Below are positions 25,548 to 35,786 of a stretch of 64,000 nucleotides of DNA, piece after piece. Each line of letters begins with the position of its first letter. Positions within the stretch are counted from its first letter, which is position 1. Position numbers and translations under genes: made by a program. Source of the DNA: a virus. The notes beneath the pieces are model-generated. The model saw only the letters and a list, made by a program, of their open reading frames with translations. It made no database searches and was not told the origin of the DNA. The stretch lies in the IMG/VR virus record IMGVR_UViG_3300032326_001134, positions 32,001 through 96,000 of that record. One strand, 5' to 3'.

Positions 25548-27278
25548 ATGTCATACTATTATAAAGTGCTTAAGGATAGCCCGATTGGGTTTTGGAAGCT
25601 AGACGATAGCTCGACCACGGCAACAGATTATTCTGGTTGTCAAAACAATGGATCTTATTTTGGACCACAGGATAAAAAAAATCCAATTGTTAGCGGAAGC
25701 GACTATTCATTAAGAATAACATCTACGTCTAGCGTAACCTTTCCTTTAATTAAAAATTATTATGGACAAACAGCAAAGGGCGGATTTGCAAATATTAATG
25801 ACGGGGACAACGATTTTTCAATAGAGTGCTGGATATTCCCAAGAGTAGAAACAGACAGCCTTACTACAATTGTTGGAGATAAAGAAAACAATATAGGAAT
25901 TTTTTGGGATAACGGCAATATATATTTTGGGCTGGACACAGACTACCTAGAGTATTCAGTTCCAAATTTTAATAAATCTTTACATGTAGTTTGCACCTAC
26001 AGTGTAAATAAAGCATTTATATATGTAGACGGAGTTCTTTGTGTTAGCAAAACAATATCATCTAATCCATTTACAAACACAGAGATTTCCTTAAAATCTG
26101 GTCCAACGGAAAACTTATTAGATTCATTTTTGATTAATAACGTTGCCGTATACAGATACGGATTACCTGAAAAACAAATATACTCCCACTTTGCAGACAA
26201 CAATAAAGTCATGCCGATACAGATAGCATACCCAGAAAATGGAGAAATATTTTATATATATGACAATACAATGAGAAACTCTTTTTCATTTTCATATCCT
26301 AAAGACAAATCCTGGGAAGACTTTTTAAATCAAGATTTAAATTTAAATAGACTTGAAAACTACATAGAGATATCAAAAACAGACAGCCAGGAAACAAAAG
26401 AAGTTATTTTAAACGATATAATTTCTATGCCATCTGGTATCACAATGGATTCTTCAAAAATATTTTGGAGCGGAGAAAATGGAATTAGGGTGTATACCAG
26501 TTTAGATGATATAGACTATCTAGAATGTAAAAATGGAGAGCCAATACCTCAATACAAGTACTCAGAATTTGATGACCAAAAATTCTTTTACATAAGAATT
26601 GTAATGGCCTCTGAAGACTCATCAAAATATTTGCCCAAGCTGTACAGCCTAGAAGTTAATTTCTATAATGCTCAGATATTATATTCTAAAAATGGTGGAT
26701 CATATATATCAAAAATTGAAAATTTAGATGCAAGCTTTGGCGAAGATGCGTATCCTATTTTAAGCAATAATGGTTTAAATGGAATACTAGTCGATTCTGA
26801 TTCTGGGTTCAATCTAAATACATCAAAATCTATATCAACATTAGAATTTTTTTATACACCAAATACAATTTCTAGCGGAACCATGCTTTCAGCCGACAGC
26901 ACAGAAATTAGCTGGTCAAACAATGGCAGTATAAATAAAAATAACATATCCAGCCTTTATGTAAATGGGATTAATAAGACATCTGAAACACAGGTATCTA
27001 ATATCTTTAAGCCAAAGGACCTACACCATGTAGTCGTAACCCTTACGTCTCCTGTAACCGAAGAAATTATTTTTAATTATAAACAGGCGGGATCTGAAAA
27101 AGCCCTATACCAGTATATAACAATATATGAGTATGAGATGGATGTAAATATAATTCAAAACCATTATGATCTATATATGGAGAAATCAAAATATCAGTCC
27201 AGCGGATCGACACTCAAGGTGTCAGAAAACAACGTAAGCTTATATAATAATGACTGGATAGTGCTCCAAAACTCATAA
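25548..27278 (+). CDS. LamG/ConA-like domain virion protein
   Basis: DSPIGFWKLDD, FSIECWI, HVVCTY..IYVDG, VAVY. Confidence 0.75.
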   Translation: MSYYYKVLKDSPIGFWKLDDSSTTATDYSGCQNNGSYFGPQDKKNPIVSGSDYSLRITSTSSVTFPLIKNYYGQTAKGGFANINDGDNDFSIECWIFPRVETDSLTTIVGDKENNIGIFWDNGNIYFGLDTDYLEYSVPNFNKSLHVVCTYSVNKAFIYVDGVLCVSKTISSNPFTNTEISLKSGPTENLLDSFLINNVAVYRYGLPEKQIYSHFADNNKVMPIQIAYPENGEIFYIYDNTMRNSFSFSYPKDKSWEDFLNQDLNLNRLENYIEISKTDSQETKEVILNDIISMPSGITMDSSKIFWSGENGIRVYTSLDDIDYLECKNGEPIPQYKYSEFDDQKFFYIRIVMASEDSSKYLPKLYSLEVNFYNAQILYSKNGGSYISKIENLDASFGEDAYPILSNNGLNGILVDSDSGFNLNTSKSISTLEFFYTPNTISSGTMLSADSTEISWSNNGSINKNNISSLYVNGINKTSETQVSNIFKPKDLHHVVVTLTSPVTEEIIFNYKQAGSEKALYQYITIYEYEMDVNIIQNHYDLYMEKSKYQSSGSTLKVSENNVSLYNNDWIVLQNS

Positions 27279-27341
27279 ATATGAACATTGTCCTGACAAA
27301 ATATGGACATTAACTAAAAAGAATGGTAAAATTGATACACA

Positions 27342-27677
27342 ATGGACATTAAAAGAATAAATCAATCAGTTATTGAAGAGACCACCCTTGGTATATATGT
27401 TTGGGAAATGCCAGATGGAAGATGGATTGGCGACGACGATGGAAACTTTTTATCTATTACTGCAAAAAAGGGAAACAGATCAAAGATAGCTCTTTTGGCG
27501 GACGCAGTCAGAGCACACGGCATATACGAAGGCCAGCCAAAGTTTTTATCAGGACGTAGAAAAATTGATGACGAAGAGTTTCAGCATCAAAAGCAAAGAT
27601 TAGAATGGGGCCTAACACCAGACCCACTGGATATCGGAGTTTATAAAGACTCTTTGAAAAATGGAGGTATGCGATAA
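27342..27677 (+). CDS. Hypothetical protein preceding portal
   Basis: 111-aa ORF abutting portal, with its own promoter. Confidence 0.75.
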   Translation: MDIKRINQSVIEETTLGIYVWEMPDGRWIGDDDGNFLSITAKKGNRSKIALLADAVRAHGIYEGQPKFLSGRRKIDDEEFQHQKQRLEWGLTPDPLDIGVYKDSLKNGGMR

Positions 27678-29261
27678 ATGGAATTCATTAATGATGACGA
27701 AGTCAGCGCAGAAACTATTGACATATCAAACTCAGCAGATTGGTTTAAGTTTAATAATAAAGAAGTGGTTGTAGACACAGACCCATTTAACATAGAGGCT
27801 CAAGAGCTAAAAAAGGTGAACGGACTTAGTACAACATTCCGTAGAAAAGTTTCAAGAGATATCCAGAAGAGACTTGTGGGTCAAGAAGGAACAGGAACTC
27901 AGCAAAATTTATTGCAGCAAGCAGTCACTGGCTACGCAATGTTCGACCTTGTTCAGCCAGTTTATAATTTAGAATATTTATCAAAGATCTATGAAATATC
28001 CCCATACAACTACGCAGCAATTAATGCAAAGGTTGCCAACATAGTTGGGCTGGGATATTCTTTTGTAGAGACAAAAAAAGCAAACGATGCTTTAGATAGC
28101 ATAACTGACCCTAAGCAGTTAGAACGTGCTCGTAAAAAACTAAATAAGCTAAGACAAGATTTAGACAATTGGCTTGAGGAAACAAACGAAGAAGAAACTT
28201 TTACAGAAACATTAATCAAAGCATATACAGATTTAGAGGCAACTGGAAATGCCTATATTGAAATAGGAAGAACGGTTGCTGGAAACATTGGATACATAGG
28301 TCATATTCCATCTAAGACAATGCGTGTTCGTAGACTACGTGACGGATTTATTCAATTGCTATATGGCAAGGCTGTTTTCTTTAGAAACTTTGGAGATCAA
28401 GAAACACTAAATCCAATAGATGGTGGCCTAGAAAGACCAAATGAAATTATTCATTTAAAGAAGTATACTCCAATGAATAACTATTATGGAATACCAGACA
28501 TAATTGCAGCACAAACGGCAATGGCTGGAAATGAATTTTCTGGAAAATATAACCTAGATTACTTTGAAAATAAAGCAGTTCCAAGATATATAATTACAGT
28601 TAAAGGCGCAAAGCTATCACCAGAGTCAGAAAGAAAACTTCTTGAGTTTTTCCAAGTTGGTTTAAAGGGTAAAAATCACAGATCCCTATACGTCCCGCTA
28701 CCAGCCGATACATCAGACTCTAAAGTTGAATTTAAAATGGAGCCAATTGAAGCTGGAAGTCAAGAAGGCTCATTTGAAAAATATCGCAAATCAAATAGAG
28801 ATGAAATACTATTGGCACACAGAGTTCCAATTAATAAAATTGGAGTTCCAGAAGGAGTAAGCCTAGCATCTGCTAGAGATGCAGATAAAACATTTAAAGA
28901 GCAGGTGTGCGGTCCCGCCCAAGATATTTTAGAGAAAAAAATCAATAGAATTATATCAGAAAAAACAGATGCTCTAGTTCTTGAGTTTAATGAGTTGACT
29001 TTGACTGACGAAGACACGCAGTCTAAAATTGACGAAAGATATTTAAGAATGCAGGTAATTACTCCTAATGAAGTAAGAATTAGAAAAGGAATGATTCCTA
29101 TGGATGGTGGAGACGAAGTGGTTGATTTACAAGCACAGGCAGCAGAAATTAAAGCCCAAGCCTTAAATACTAGAAATAGAACCCAAGAAAGATCTGCAAA
29201 TTCACCAGATAGTTCTGGGGAGGCCAGAAATCCAAAAGGTGAAGGTAGAGTCACTGCTTAA
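27678..29261 (+). CDS. Portal protein
   Basis: LEATGNAYIE, EIIHLK..YYGIP, YFENKAVP, AHRVP, ITPNEVR..GM.P..GGD. Confidence 0.92.
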   Translation: MEFINDDEVSAETIDISNSADWFKFNNKEVVVDTDPFNIEAQELKKVNGLSTTFRRKVSRDIQKRLVGQEGTGTQQNLLQQAVTGYAMFDLVQPVYNLEYLSKIYEISPYNYAAINAKVANIVGLGYSFVETKKANDALDSITDPKQLERARKKLNKLRQDLDNWLEETNEEETFTETLIKAYTDLEATGNAYIEIGRTVAGNIGYIGHIPSKTMRVRRLRDGFIQLLYGKAVFFRNFGDQETLNPIDGGLERPNEIIHLKKYTPMNNYYGIPDIIAAQTAMAGNEFSGKYNLDYFENKAVPRYIITVKGAKLSPESERKLLEFFQVGLKGKNHRSLYVPLPADTSDSKVEFKMEPIEAGSQEGSFEKYRKSNRDEILLAHRVPINKIGVPEGVSLASARDADKTFKEQVCGPAQDILEKKINRIISEKTDALVLEFNELTLTDEDTQSKIDERYLRMQVITPNEVRIRKGMIPMDGGDEVVDLQAQAAEIKAQALNTRNRTQERSANSPDSSGEARNPKGEGRVTA

Positions 29262-29280
29262 TTATTAGGCAACCAGTTAT

Positions 29281-29309
29281 TTGCCTTATATACAATACCG
29301 TTATAAAAT
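29281..29309 (+). promoter_or_regulatory. Sigma-A-type promoter (leaderless prohead protease mRNA)
   Basis: TTGCCT-17-TAAAAT, ATG 7 nt downstream. Confidence 0.55.
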
Positions 29310-29316
29310 TAGGCAT

Positions 29317-30627
29317 ATGAATATTGAAAAATCACACTGGTCTGCTAACGGCGAAGATATCAGCCTGTCTGTTCCTTTTACAAAAGTTAATCGTGAAAAA
29401 AGAACTGTATCTGGTTTTGCAACATTAGACAACCTAGATCAAACAGGAGACGTAGTAACAGCAGAAGCAAGTCTTGGAGCATTTGAAAATTTCCGTGGAA
29501 ACATTCGTGAAATGCATGGATCAAATGCAGTTGGCAAAATGGTTTCATTTAGACCAGAAACATATTATGATGCAAAAAGCGGAGAATTCTACAATGGAGT
29601 TTATGTAGATGCATACATATCAAAGGGATCACAAGATACCTGGGAAAAAGTTTTAGACGGAACACTAACTGGATTTTCAATTGGCGGAAAAATTATTGAT
29701 TCAGAAAATGAAGTAAACAAGTCCACAGGACAACCAGTTCGCTTTATTAAACAATACGCACTTATGGAATTGTCAGTCGTTGATTCACCAGCGAATGAAC
29801 TTTGCAATATTTTGTCTATTCAAAAAATGAATGGTCAATTAATGTTTAAAGGAATAGCTGCAGAAACAGTAACAGAGAATATTTTTTACTGTGAAGAAAG
29901 CGACTCTGTTTTTATGTCAACAGAGCAATCTTACGACTCACCAGCAACTGGTAAACCAGCGGTTTTAATTGGTTGGGTAGAAAGTAAAGATATAAACAAA
30001 GCGAAAGAAATAGAAAAGATTCTTGCTTCATTTAAGAAGTCAAGATTTACGTTGCCTGAAATACAAACAATTGCAAAACAGGCAAACGCAGAAGGAGGTA
30101 ATGAAGTGTCAGAAAACACAGAAACAGTAGCAGTCGAAGAGACTGCTCCAGTAGAAGTTTCAGCCCCTGCAGAAGATGTAGTGGTTGAAGAGACTGTTAC
30201 AGAAGATGTAGTAGCAGATGCTTCTGCCGAAACCGTTGAAAAAGCATCAGACGTCTCAGAGGTCGTTGTTGATGAACCTGATTTTGCAAAAATGTTAGGT
30301 GACTTAAAGGGCTTTTTCTCAGATACTCTAAGCAAGGCTTCAGAAGCAAATGCTGCACAGGTTTCAACTATTAAAGAAACAGTTGAATCTTTTAGCAAGA
30401 GCGTTGAAACTCAAATCTCAGAGTTGGCAGACAAACATACAGAACTCAGCAAAACTGTTGAGAGCATCAAGAACACGATTGATACTGTAGAAAAGCGTGT
30501 CGACGCAGTAGAATCAGAGACTGCAATCAAGAAGTCCTCAGACCTTGGCGGGTCACAGGATGTAGTAGTACAAAAATCAAAATGGAACGGTTCTTTCCTC
30601 GGTTCCGTAAACGAACTATTTAAGTAA
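29317..30627 (+). CDS. HK97-type prohead protease fused to scaffold domain
   Basis: VSGFA..D..GD, REMH, TGFSIGG, ELSVVDSPAN; acidic/coiled-coil C-half; start moved to ATG 29317. Confidence 0.88.
   Translation: MNIEKSHWSANGEDISLSVPFTKVNREKRTVSGFATLDNLDQTGDVVTAEASLGAFENFRGNIREMHGSNAVGKMVSFRPETYYDAKSGEFYNGVYVDAYISKGSQDTWEKVLDGTLTGFSIGGKIIDSENEVNKSTGQPVRFIKQYALMELSVVDSPANELCNILSIQKMNGQLMFKGIAAETVTENIFYCEESDSVFMSTEQSYDSPATGKPAVLIGWVESKDINKAKEIEKILASFKKSRFTLPEIQTIAKQANAEGGNEVSENTETVAVEETAPVEVSAPAEDVVVEETVTEDVVADASAETVEKASDVSEVVVDEPDFAKMLGDLKGFFSDTLSKASEANAAQVSTIKETVESFSKSVETQISELADKHTELSKTVESIKNTIDTVEKRVDAVESETAIKKSSDLGGSQDVVVQKSKWNGSFLGSVNELFK
30106..30627 (+). CDS. Nested in-frame scaffolding protein (internal start)
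   Basis: AAGGAGGT at 30092-30099, in-frame GTG at 30106. Confidence 0.55.
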   Translation: MSENTETVAVEETAPVEVSAPAEDVVVEETVTEDVVADASAETVEKASDVSEVVVDEPDFAKMLGDLKGFFSDTLSKASEANAAQVSTIKETVESFSKSVETQISELADKHTELSKTVESIKNTIDTVEKRVDAVESETAIKKSSDLGGSQDVVVQKSKWNGSFLGSVNELFK

Positions 30628-30647
30628 AGGGTAGGTGAAATAATATA

Positions 30648-31700
30648 ATGAGCAATGAATTATTAGAAAAAGCCGTAGCTGCTGATACAACAGTTACAGG
30701 TACATTTGCTTCAAACACTGGAGGAACAGGAATTCACCGTGCATCAGAAGATGGCAACGGAGGATTACTTAATCCAGAACAATCAGCCCGATTCCTAGAC
30801 TACATGTTCGACGCTACCGTAATTGGTAAGGTCGCACGTACAGTCCGAATGAAGTCGGATACAACTGAAATTGATCGCATGGGCGTAGGCGAAAAGCTTA
30901 TGAAGCTTGCGACAGAAGGAGATAACACTAACAGCGCAAACGCTGCAGTGACATTCTCAAAGATTTCTTTGACAACAAAGAAGTTACGTCTAGATTGGGA
31001 ACTATCAACAGAGTCTCTAGAAGACAATATTGAGGGTGCAGACCTAGAAGACCACATTGCCCGCTTGATGGCAACACAAGCAGGTAACGACATTGAAGAT
31101 GTAGTCCTAAACGGAAATACATCACTATCATCAGATCAGCTTTACAAGGCATTTGATGGTGTAGTAAAGAAGGCTAAGGCAGACGCTCACGTAGTTGATG
31201 CTGGTGGTGCAAACATTTCTCGTGCTGTATTTAACAGCGCATTGAAGGCACTTCCACGTAAGTACAAGCAACGCCGTACAGACCTTCGCTTCCTAGCAGG
31301 ATCAAACCTGATTCAGGATTACTTATACTCAACATCACAAAACATCCAGAACGTCAACCCACAAGATATTGCTTCAGGCATTATCCGTGGAGAGGTTGCA
31401 CCTGTTTCAGGTCCAGCAGGATACGTTGCGCCATACGCATTCGGTATTCCAATCGTTGAAGTTCCTCTACTTTCAGAGACACAGGATGGCTCATACTCAG
31501 CAGCATCAGGATCACACGGTGACGTGCACTTGACATTCCCAAATAACGTAGTTATTGGTATCAAGCGTGACGTAACAGTGTACCGATTCTTCTGGCCAAA
31601 GAAGGACTCAATCGAGTACACAATGTATACTCGTGTTGGCGTTCAAATTGAGCAGGCAGACGCTTGGGTAGTTGTAAAGAACGTTAAGGTTGCTTCTTAA
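30648..31700 (+). CDS. Major capsid protein (HK97 fold)
   Basis: GGLLNPEQ..F, ESLEDNIEG..E, LPRKY; follows protease; strongly biased codons. Confidence 0.92.
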   Translation: MSNELLEKAVAADTTVTGTFASNTGGTGIHRASEDGNGGLLNPEQSARFLDYMFDATVIGKVARTVRMKSDTTEIDRMGVGEKLMKLATEGDNTNSANAAVTFSKISLTTKKLRLDWELSTESLEDNIEGADLEDHIARLMATQAGNDIEDVVLNGNTSLSSDQLYKAFDGVVKKAKADAHVVDAGGANISRAVFNSALKALPRKYKQRRTDLRFLAGSNLIQDYLYSTSQNIQNVNPQDIASGIIRGEVAPVSGPAGYVAPYAFGIPIVEVPLLSETQDGSYSAASGSHGDVHLTFPNNVVIGIKRDVTVYRFFWPKKDSIEYTMYTRVGVQIEQADAWVVVKNVKVAS

Positions 31701-31716
31701 TAAGAATTAACCAATT

Positions 31717-31746
31717 AAAGGCCCCCAATTAATTTTGGGGGCTTTT
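31717..31746 (+). terminator. Rho-independent terminator after capsid gene
   Basis: GCCCCCAA-ttaatt-TTGGGGGC-TTTT. Confidence 0.85.
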
Positions 31747-31797
31747 CATTTGAATTTAGTAATGCTATAATTAAACAACCTAGACTAAGGAGAATAC

Positions 31798-32193
31798 ATG
31801 TCATTCGAGACATTAAAATTAGCTGAAATTAAAAAGATCGCCGAAGACTTTGGCGTAGATATAGACAGCCTTAAAAGCAAGACAGATATAATCGCAGCAT
31901 TGTCTGAAGAGGGAGTAAGTTGGTCAGTTTACTCTAAGACAATAAAGGATGTAGATGACGCAAAAGAAGAAATTGAAGTTTTGCCAAAATTCGATCCTAA
32001 GAAGGCTCAGGACAAAGATATGGTTCTAGTTAGAATGACCAGAGCAAATTTTAGATACGATACAATGGGATTTACATTTACAAACGATCACCCTTTTGTA
32101 GCAATGTCTGAAGATGCAGCACAAGAAATTTTTGATAAGGAGGAAGGTTTTAGATTAGCCACACCAAAGGAAGCACAAGACTTCTATAACTAA
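31798..32193 (+). CDS. Head-region hypothetical protein (N-terminal Rho-N/HeH-like helix pair)
   Basis: LKLAEIKKIAEDFGV...KTDIIAAL; AAGGAG RBS. Confidence 0.6.
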   Translation: MSFETLKLAEIKKIAEDFGVDIDSLKSKTDIIAALSEEGVSWSVYSKTIKDVDDAKEEIEVLPKFDPKKAQDKDMVLVRMTRANFRYDTMGFTFTNDHPFVAMSEDAAQEIFDKEEGFRLATPKEAQDFYN

Positions 32194-32207
32194 TTTAAAC
32201 CTTTAAT

Positions 32208-33194
32208 ATGGCAGAGATCCACATAAACACAAACTCGTCAGTATCTACTAAAATTATATACGGTGGAGAAATTGTCAACGCAGACGGAGATCTTGTAACT
32301 GCAACCGTTTACGATGTAACAGAAGATCCTGCACTAGAAATACCAGTTGACCCAGAAATTCCTTTATTTTCTTCAGAGGCTATAAAAATAGAAAATGATA
32401 ATGGGTCATACAAATTAAATATTCCATATCATCAAACATCAAGATTAAAAAATCTAAAGATAAGATGGAACTATGCCATTAATGGAACCTCACAACAACA
32501 TTTTTCTACTGTTAATATTGTGCAGCCGTATTGCTCTTTAGCAGAAGCAATAGAAGACTTGAATTTTGGAACAGATCCATCTGACCCAAATTATAAAACA
32601 TATCATGAGCTAGTAATGGCAGAAAAATATGCAAGAAAAATAATTGATGAGTTTACTGGACAAAAATTTACTTTATACGATGACGTATATGTAATTTATG
32701 GGTCAGGCTCTGATGTTTTACCATTGCCATACAAACTAAACACACTACATGAGCTTTACTCAAACGATATACTTCTTATTAATACAACAGAAGATATAAA
32801 TAATTGGGGAAGAACAGTTCGTATATCAGAAACTGGATTTGGGCTAAGAGTAAACAGAGCAGATGAATTAGACAACACCGTATATTCTGCAAACGGAATG
32901 GTTCCTCCAAGCATTAATGACATTGGAAACGGATCATTTATAAAAGATTACAACTATCGTGTCCAGGGCAGATTTGGCTGGAGCGAAGTTCCAGATGAAG
33001 TTGAGCAGGCATGCATACAATTAATGGGACACTTTTTTGACAAAGATAGAATATGGAAAGATCAATACATGAAGTCTATATCTACTTTTGACTGGAAGTT
33101 TGAATATACTTCAAACATAAATAGCGGTACGGGATGCGCCTATGCTGACAAGCTGCTATCTGGATATGTCTTAAATCAAATGGTTGTGATATAA
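32208..33194 (+). CDS. Head-to-tail adaptor
   Basis: PYCSLAE, ARKIIDEFTGQKF, FGWSEVPDEVEQA, GTG...ADKLL; position. Confidence 0.7.
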   Translation: MAEIHINTNSSVSTKIIYGGEIVNADGDLVTATVYDVTEDPALEIPVDPEIPLFSSEAIKIENDNGSYKLNIPYHQTSRLKNLKIRWNYAINGTSQQHFSTVNIVQPYCSLAEAIEDLNFGTDPSDPNYKTYHELVMAEKYARKIIDEFTGQKFTLYDDVYVIYGSGSDVLPLPYKLNTLHELYSNDILLINTTEDINNWGRTVRISETGFGLRVNRADELDNTVYSANGMVPPSINDIGNGSFIKDYNYRVQGRFGWSEVPDEVEQACIQLMGHFFDKDRIWKDQYMKSISTFDWKFEYTSNINSGTGCAYADKLLSGYVLNQMVVI

Positions 33195-33623
33195 GTGTAT
33201 TCACTCATAGACTCTATACTGTCTATGAAAATGGACGTTTATAGGCAAACGGATAGCCAGAACCCAGATACTGGGGCTATAACAAAAGAGTGGAATTACT
33301 ATAAAACAGTAGACTGCCATGCAAAAGGAATGATAACTAATTCATCCACAATTAGATCAAGCGACAACCAAACATTTAATAATAAGTATATAAACGAGCA
33401 GAATATACAAATCAGAACAGCAGAAAGAATAACATCACGGGAAAAAATTACAAACATTAGGGATAGCAAAAATAATGTTGTTTGGACAGAAATTAATTTC
33501 CCAACAGAAACCCCAACTGTTTTTGAGATAATAGGAACCACTCCTATCACCGATCCGTTTGGAACAATAATTGGATACAACTCTTCTTTAAAGAGATCGG
33601 AGAACCAGCAAATTGGACTCTAG
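33195..33623 (+). CDS. Head-to-tail stopper/closure protein
   Basis: Size, position, QNPDTGAITKEW. Confidence 0.6.
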   Translation: MYSLIDSILSMKMDVYRQTDSQNPDTGAITKEWNYYKTVDCHAKGMITNSSTIRSSDNQTFNNKYINEQNIQIRTAERITSREKITNIRDSKNNVVWTEINFPTETPTVFEIIGTTPITDPFGTIIGYNSSLKRSENQQIGL

Positions 33624-34401
33624 CGTAGCCTTATTACAAGCAGCCTCTGGCCTTGAAAGGCTTATGGTGGGGCAGTCCCAAAATGCTTCTATTAAAGATA
33701 GCAATGTGGCACAAATATCTGCAGCCCTATATTACGAGGCAAACGTTATTGCTAAGTTTAATAAGAGTAAGAAGTTTAAAAATGCATTTAAGCAAACAAT
33801 CTTTACTCAAATAAACAAAGATTTTGGAGAACATATAGACTCTCAATCAAGATCAAAGCCAAAATCATTACACCATGTTTATGAGTGGAAAAAAGTTGGA
33901 AGCAAGACGGCAAGACTTTTTAAATTAAAATCAATTGATGGAGACGGTATTTCTTTTAAAATAGATTACGAGTTACAGCCATCTAAATCATTCGTTCCCT
34001 CTGCTACAAAACGAAGAAAACATGTCTTTGTTAATAAGGCCTCTATCATGGAAGCTGGAATGCCTCTAATAATTGCTCCACGCCATTCTGAGAGACTTGT
34101 ATTTGAATCTAATGGTATGACAGTCTTTATGCCCAAAGGTGCTACAGTGACCGTTAAACGGCCAGGAGGGCCTAGTGTAAAAAATCAATTTAGATTATAT
34201 TATTCTAGATTCTTTAGCGGAAATTTAGTTAATAATTCAATTAAAAAATCTGGCTTCCAAAGACTATTTAATTCAGAACTCACAAAGGCTTTAATGATTC
34301 CATCAACAATTAGAAGAGTACAATATTCTTTTTCTCCTAATTCAATTAGAGGGATGGCAGACTCAGCAGTACAGTCTTCATTTGGAGGGGCAATGATATG
34401 A
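33613..34401 (+). CDS. Neck/tail completion-region protein
   Basis: Basic 262-aa ORF with LHHVYEW between stopper and tail terminator. Confidence 0.55.
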   Translation: MDSSVALLQAASGLERLMVGQSQNASIKDSNVAQISAALYYEANVIAKFNKSKKFKNAFKQTIFTQINKDFGEHIDSQSRSKPKSLHHVYEWKKVGSKTARLFKLKSIDGDGISFKIDYELQPSKSFVPSATKRRKHVFVNKASIMEAGMPLIIAPRHSERLVFESNGMTVFMPKGATVTVKRPGGPSVKNQFRLYYSRFFSGNLVNNSIKKSGFQRLFNSELTKALMIPSTIRRVQYSFSPNSIRGMADSAVQSSFGGAMI

Positions 34402-34910
34402 CAGCAAATTATAAATTAGACGCTATGTTTGAAATTAGAAAATACCTATGGGAAAACTTGGTAGAATATAATATTTTTGACGAAGACGAGTATTACAGCG
34501 ATAACCTAAGTCAGACGATAGTGCCTATAATCCCAGTACAGCAATCTGCAGAAATGAATCATTTTTTAAGCGGTAAAAAGCATATTGTTTATGATAAGGT
34601 GGGAATGTCATATGAGGACAATTGGCTAATATGCTGTGAGCAAATTTTGTTTACTATTTACTCTACCGACGTATCTGAAATAGTGGAAATTAGAAATATA
34701 ATGACTGACCTATTTAGAAGAATGGATGACTCTGCAAGAGAGGTAAATAGATCTGGATCCATAAACGATAAATTTAAATTCCACAGTATCTATATAGCAG
34801 ATATTTCACCAACTGAGCCATCTCAAGAAATACAGGGATTCCTGTCCTCAGACATAACCCTAGAGGTCAAGTATTCAAGAATAACAGACCAAGACGGCAG
34901 ATTCCTATAG
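34398..34910 (+). CDS. Tail terminator (probable)
   Basis: Acidic 170-aa ORF immediately before the major tail gene. Confidence 0.55.
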   Translation: MTANYKLDAMFEIRKYLWENLVEYNIFDEDEYYSDNLSQTIVPIIPVQQSAEMNHFLSGKKHIVYDKVGMSYEDNWLICCEQILFTIYSTDVSEIVEIRNIMTDLFRRMDDSAREVNRSGSINDKFKFHSIYIADISPTEPSQEIQGFLSSDITLEVKYSRITDQDGRFL

Positions 34911-34911
34911 A

Positions 34912-34940
34912 TTGCTTTATGGTCTGATATCCCGTATCAT
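34912..34940 (+). promoter_or_regulatory. Promoter for major tail gene
   Basis: TTGCTT-17-TATCAT; AGGAGGT RBS before ATG 35022. Confidence 0.5.
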
Positions 34941-35021
34941 TGGACAAGAGGAAAGAAGCCTAGCCAGCTTTGGTTTTTAAAATATATATATATAGTTTAA
35001 AACACAGGAGGTAAAGAATAA

Positions 35022-35681
35022 ATGTCATATAACAATGCAAAAAATATTCTTGTAGGTGCATCACCACTTTTCATCTCTGAAAAGGACTCAACACAGTCAG
35101 GTTATGGAGTACAAGAACCAGGAACAGCAGCATCAGCTGCATATGTACCTGGAACGTCATACACAACAACATTAAACGGTTTAGATGGTTCAAAGTATCG
35201 TAACGTTGGTTATACCAACAACGGTCTTCAAATCACCTACAACCCAACATACGATTCAGTAACCGTAGATCAGTTGCTTGATACAGCTAAGCTGTTCAAG
35301 TCTGCGATGGAGGTTATGATTGCAACCGAAATGTCAGAAGGAACACTAGAAAATATTCTTGTGGTTTTCGGACAAGCGGGAGCCCCAGTAACAGCGGGTT
35401 CAACAACTACAGAAACAAAGACAATTGGTCTAGAAGCAGGAGCTCTTGGTATTGCACCAACAGAGCGCCAGCTAATCGCAGTTGGTGCAGCACCTACAGC
35501 AGATGCTACAGCAACAGAGCGTATCTATTATGCACGTCGTGTTCTTTCAGTACAACAGTCCCAATTCTCATTGGCACGTACAACTGCAACAACATTCCCA
35601 GTAACATTCCGTCTTCTTCCAGATGCAGCATATGCAGGAGCAGAATACGGTAAGATTATTGACCGTGTATTAACAGTATAA
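35022..35681 (+). CDS. Major tail (tube) protein
   Basis: NILVGA, VGYTNNGL.I.YNP...V.VDQ, FPVTFRLLPD; strong RBS and terminator. Confidence 0.88.
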   Translation: MSYNNAKNILVGASPLFISEKDSTQSGYGVQEPGTAASAAYVPGTSYTTTLNGLDGSKYRNVGYTNNGLQITYNPTYDSVTVDQLLDTAKLFKSAMEVMIATEMSEGTLENILVVFGQAGAPVTAGSTTTETKTIGLEAGALGIAPTERQLIAVGAAPTADATATERIYYARRVLSVQQSQFSLARTTATTFPVTFRLLPDAAYAGAEYGKIIDRVLTV

Positions 35682-35701
35682 TTTAATTTAATTAAATTGT
35701 A

Positions 35702-35729
35702 GAAGCCCCCATTAATTTGGGGGCTTTCT
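35702..35729 (+). terminator. Rho-independent terminator after major tail gene
   Basis: GAAGCCCCCA-ttaatt-TGGGGGCTTTC. Confidence 0.85.
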
Positions 35730-35786
35730 ATTTGTAGTGATAATAGCTATATGTTATAATAATTAAGACAATCCTAGGAGGATAAA

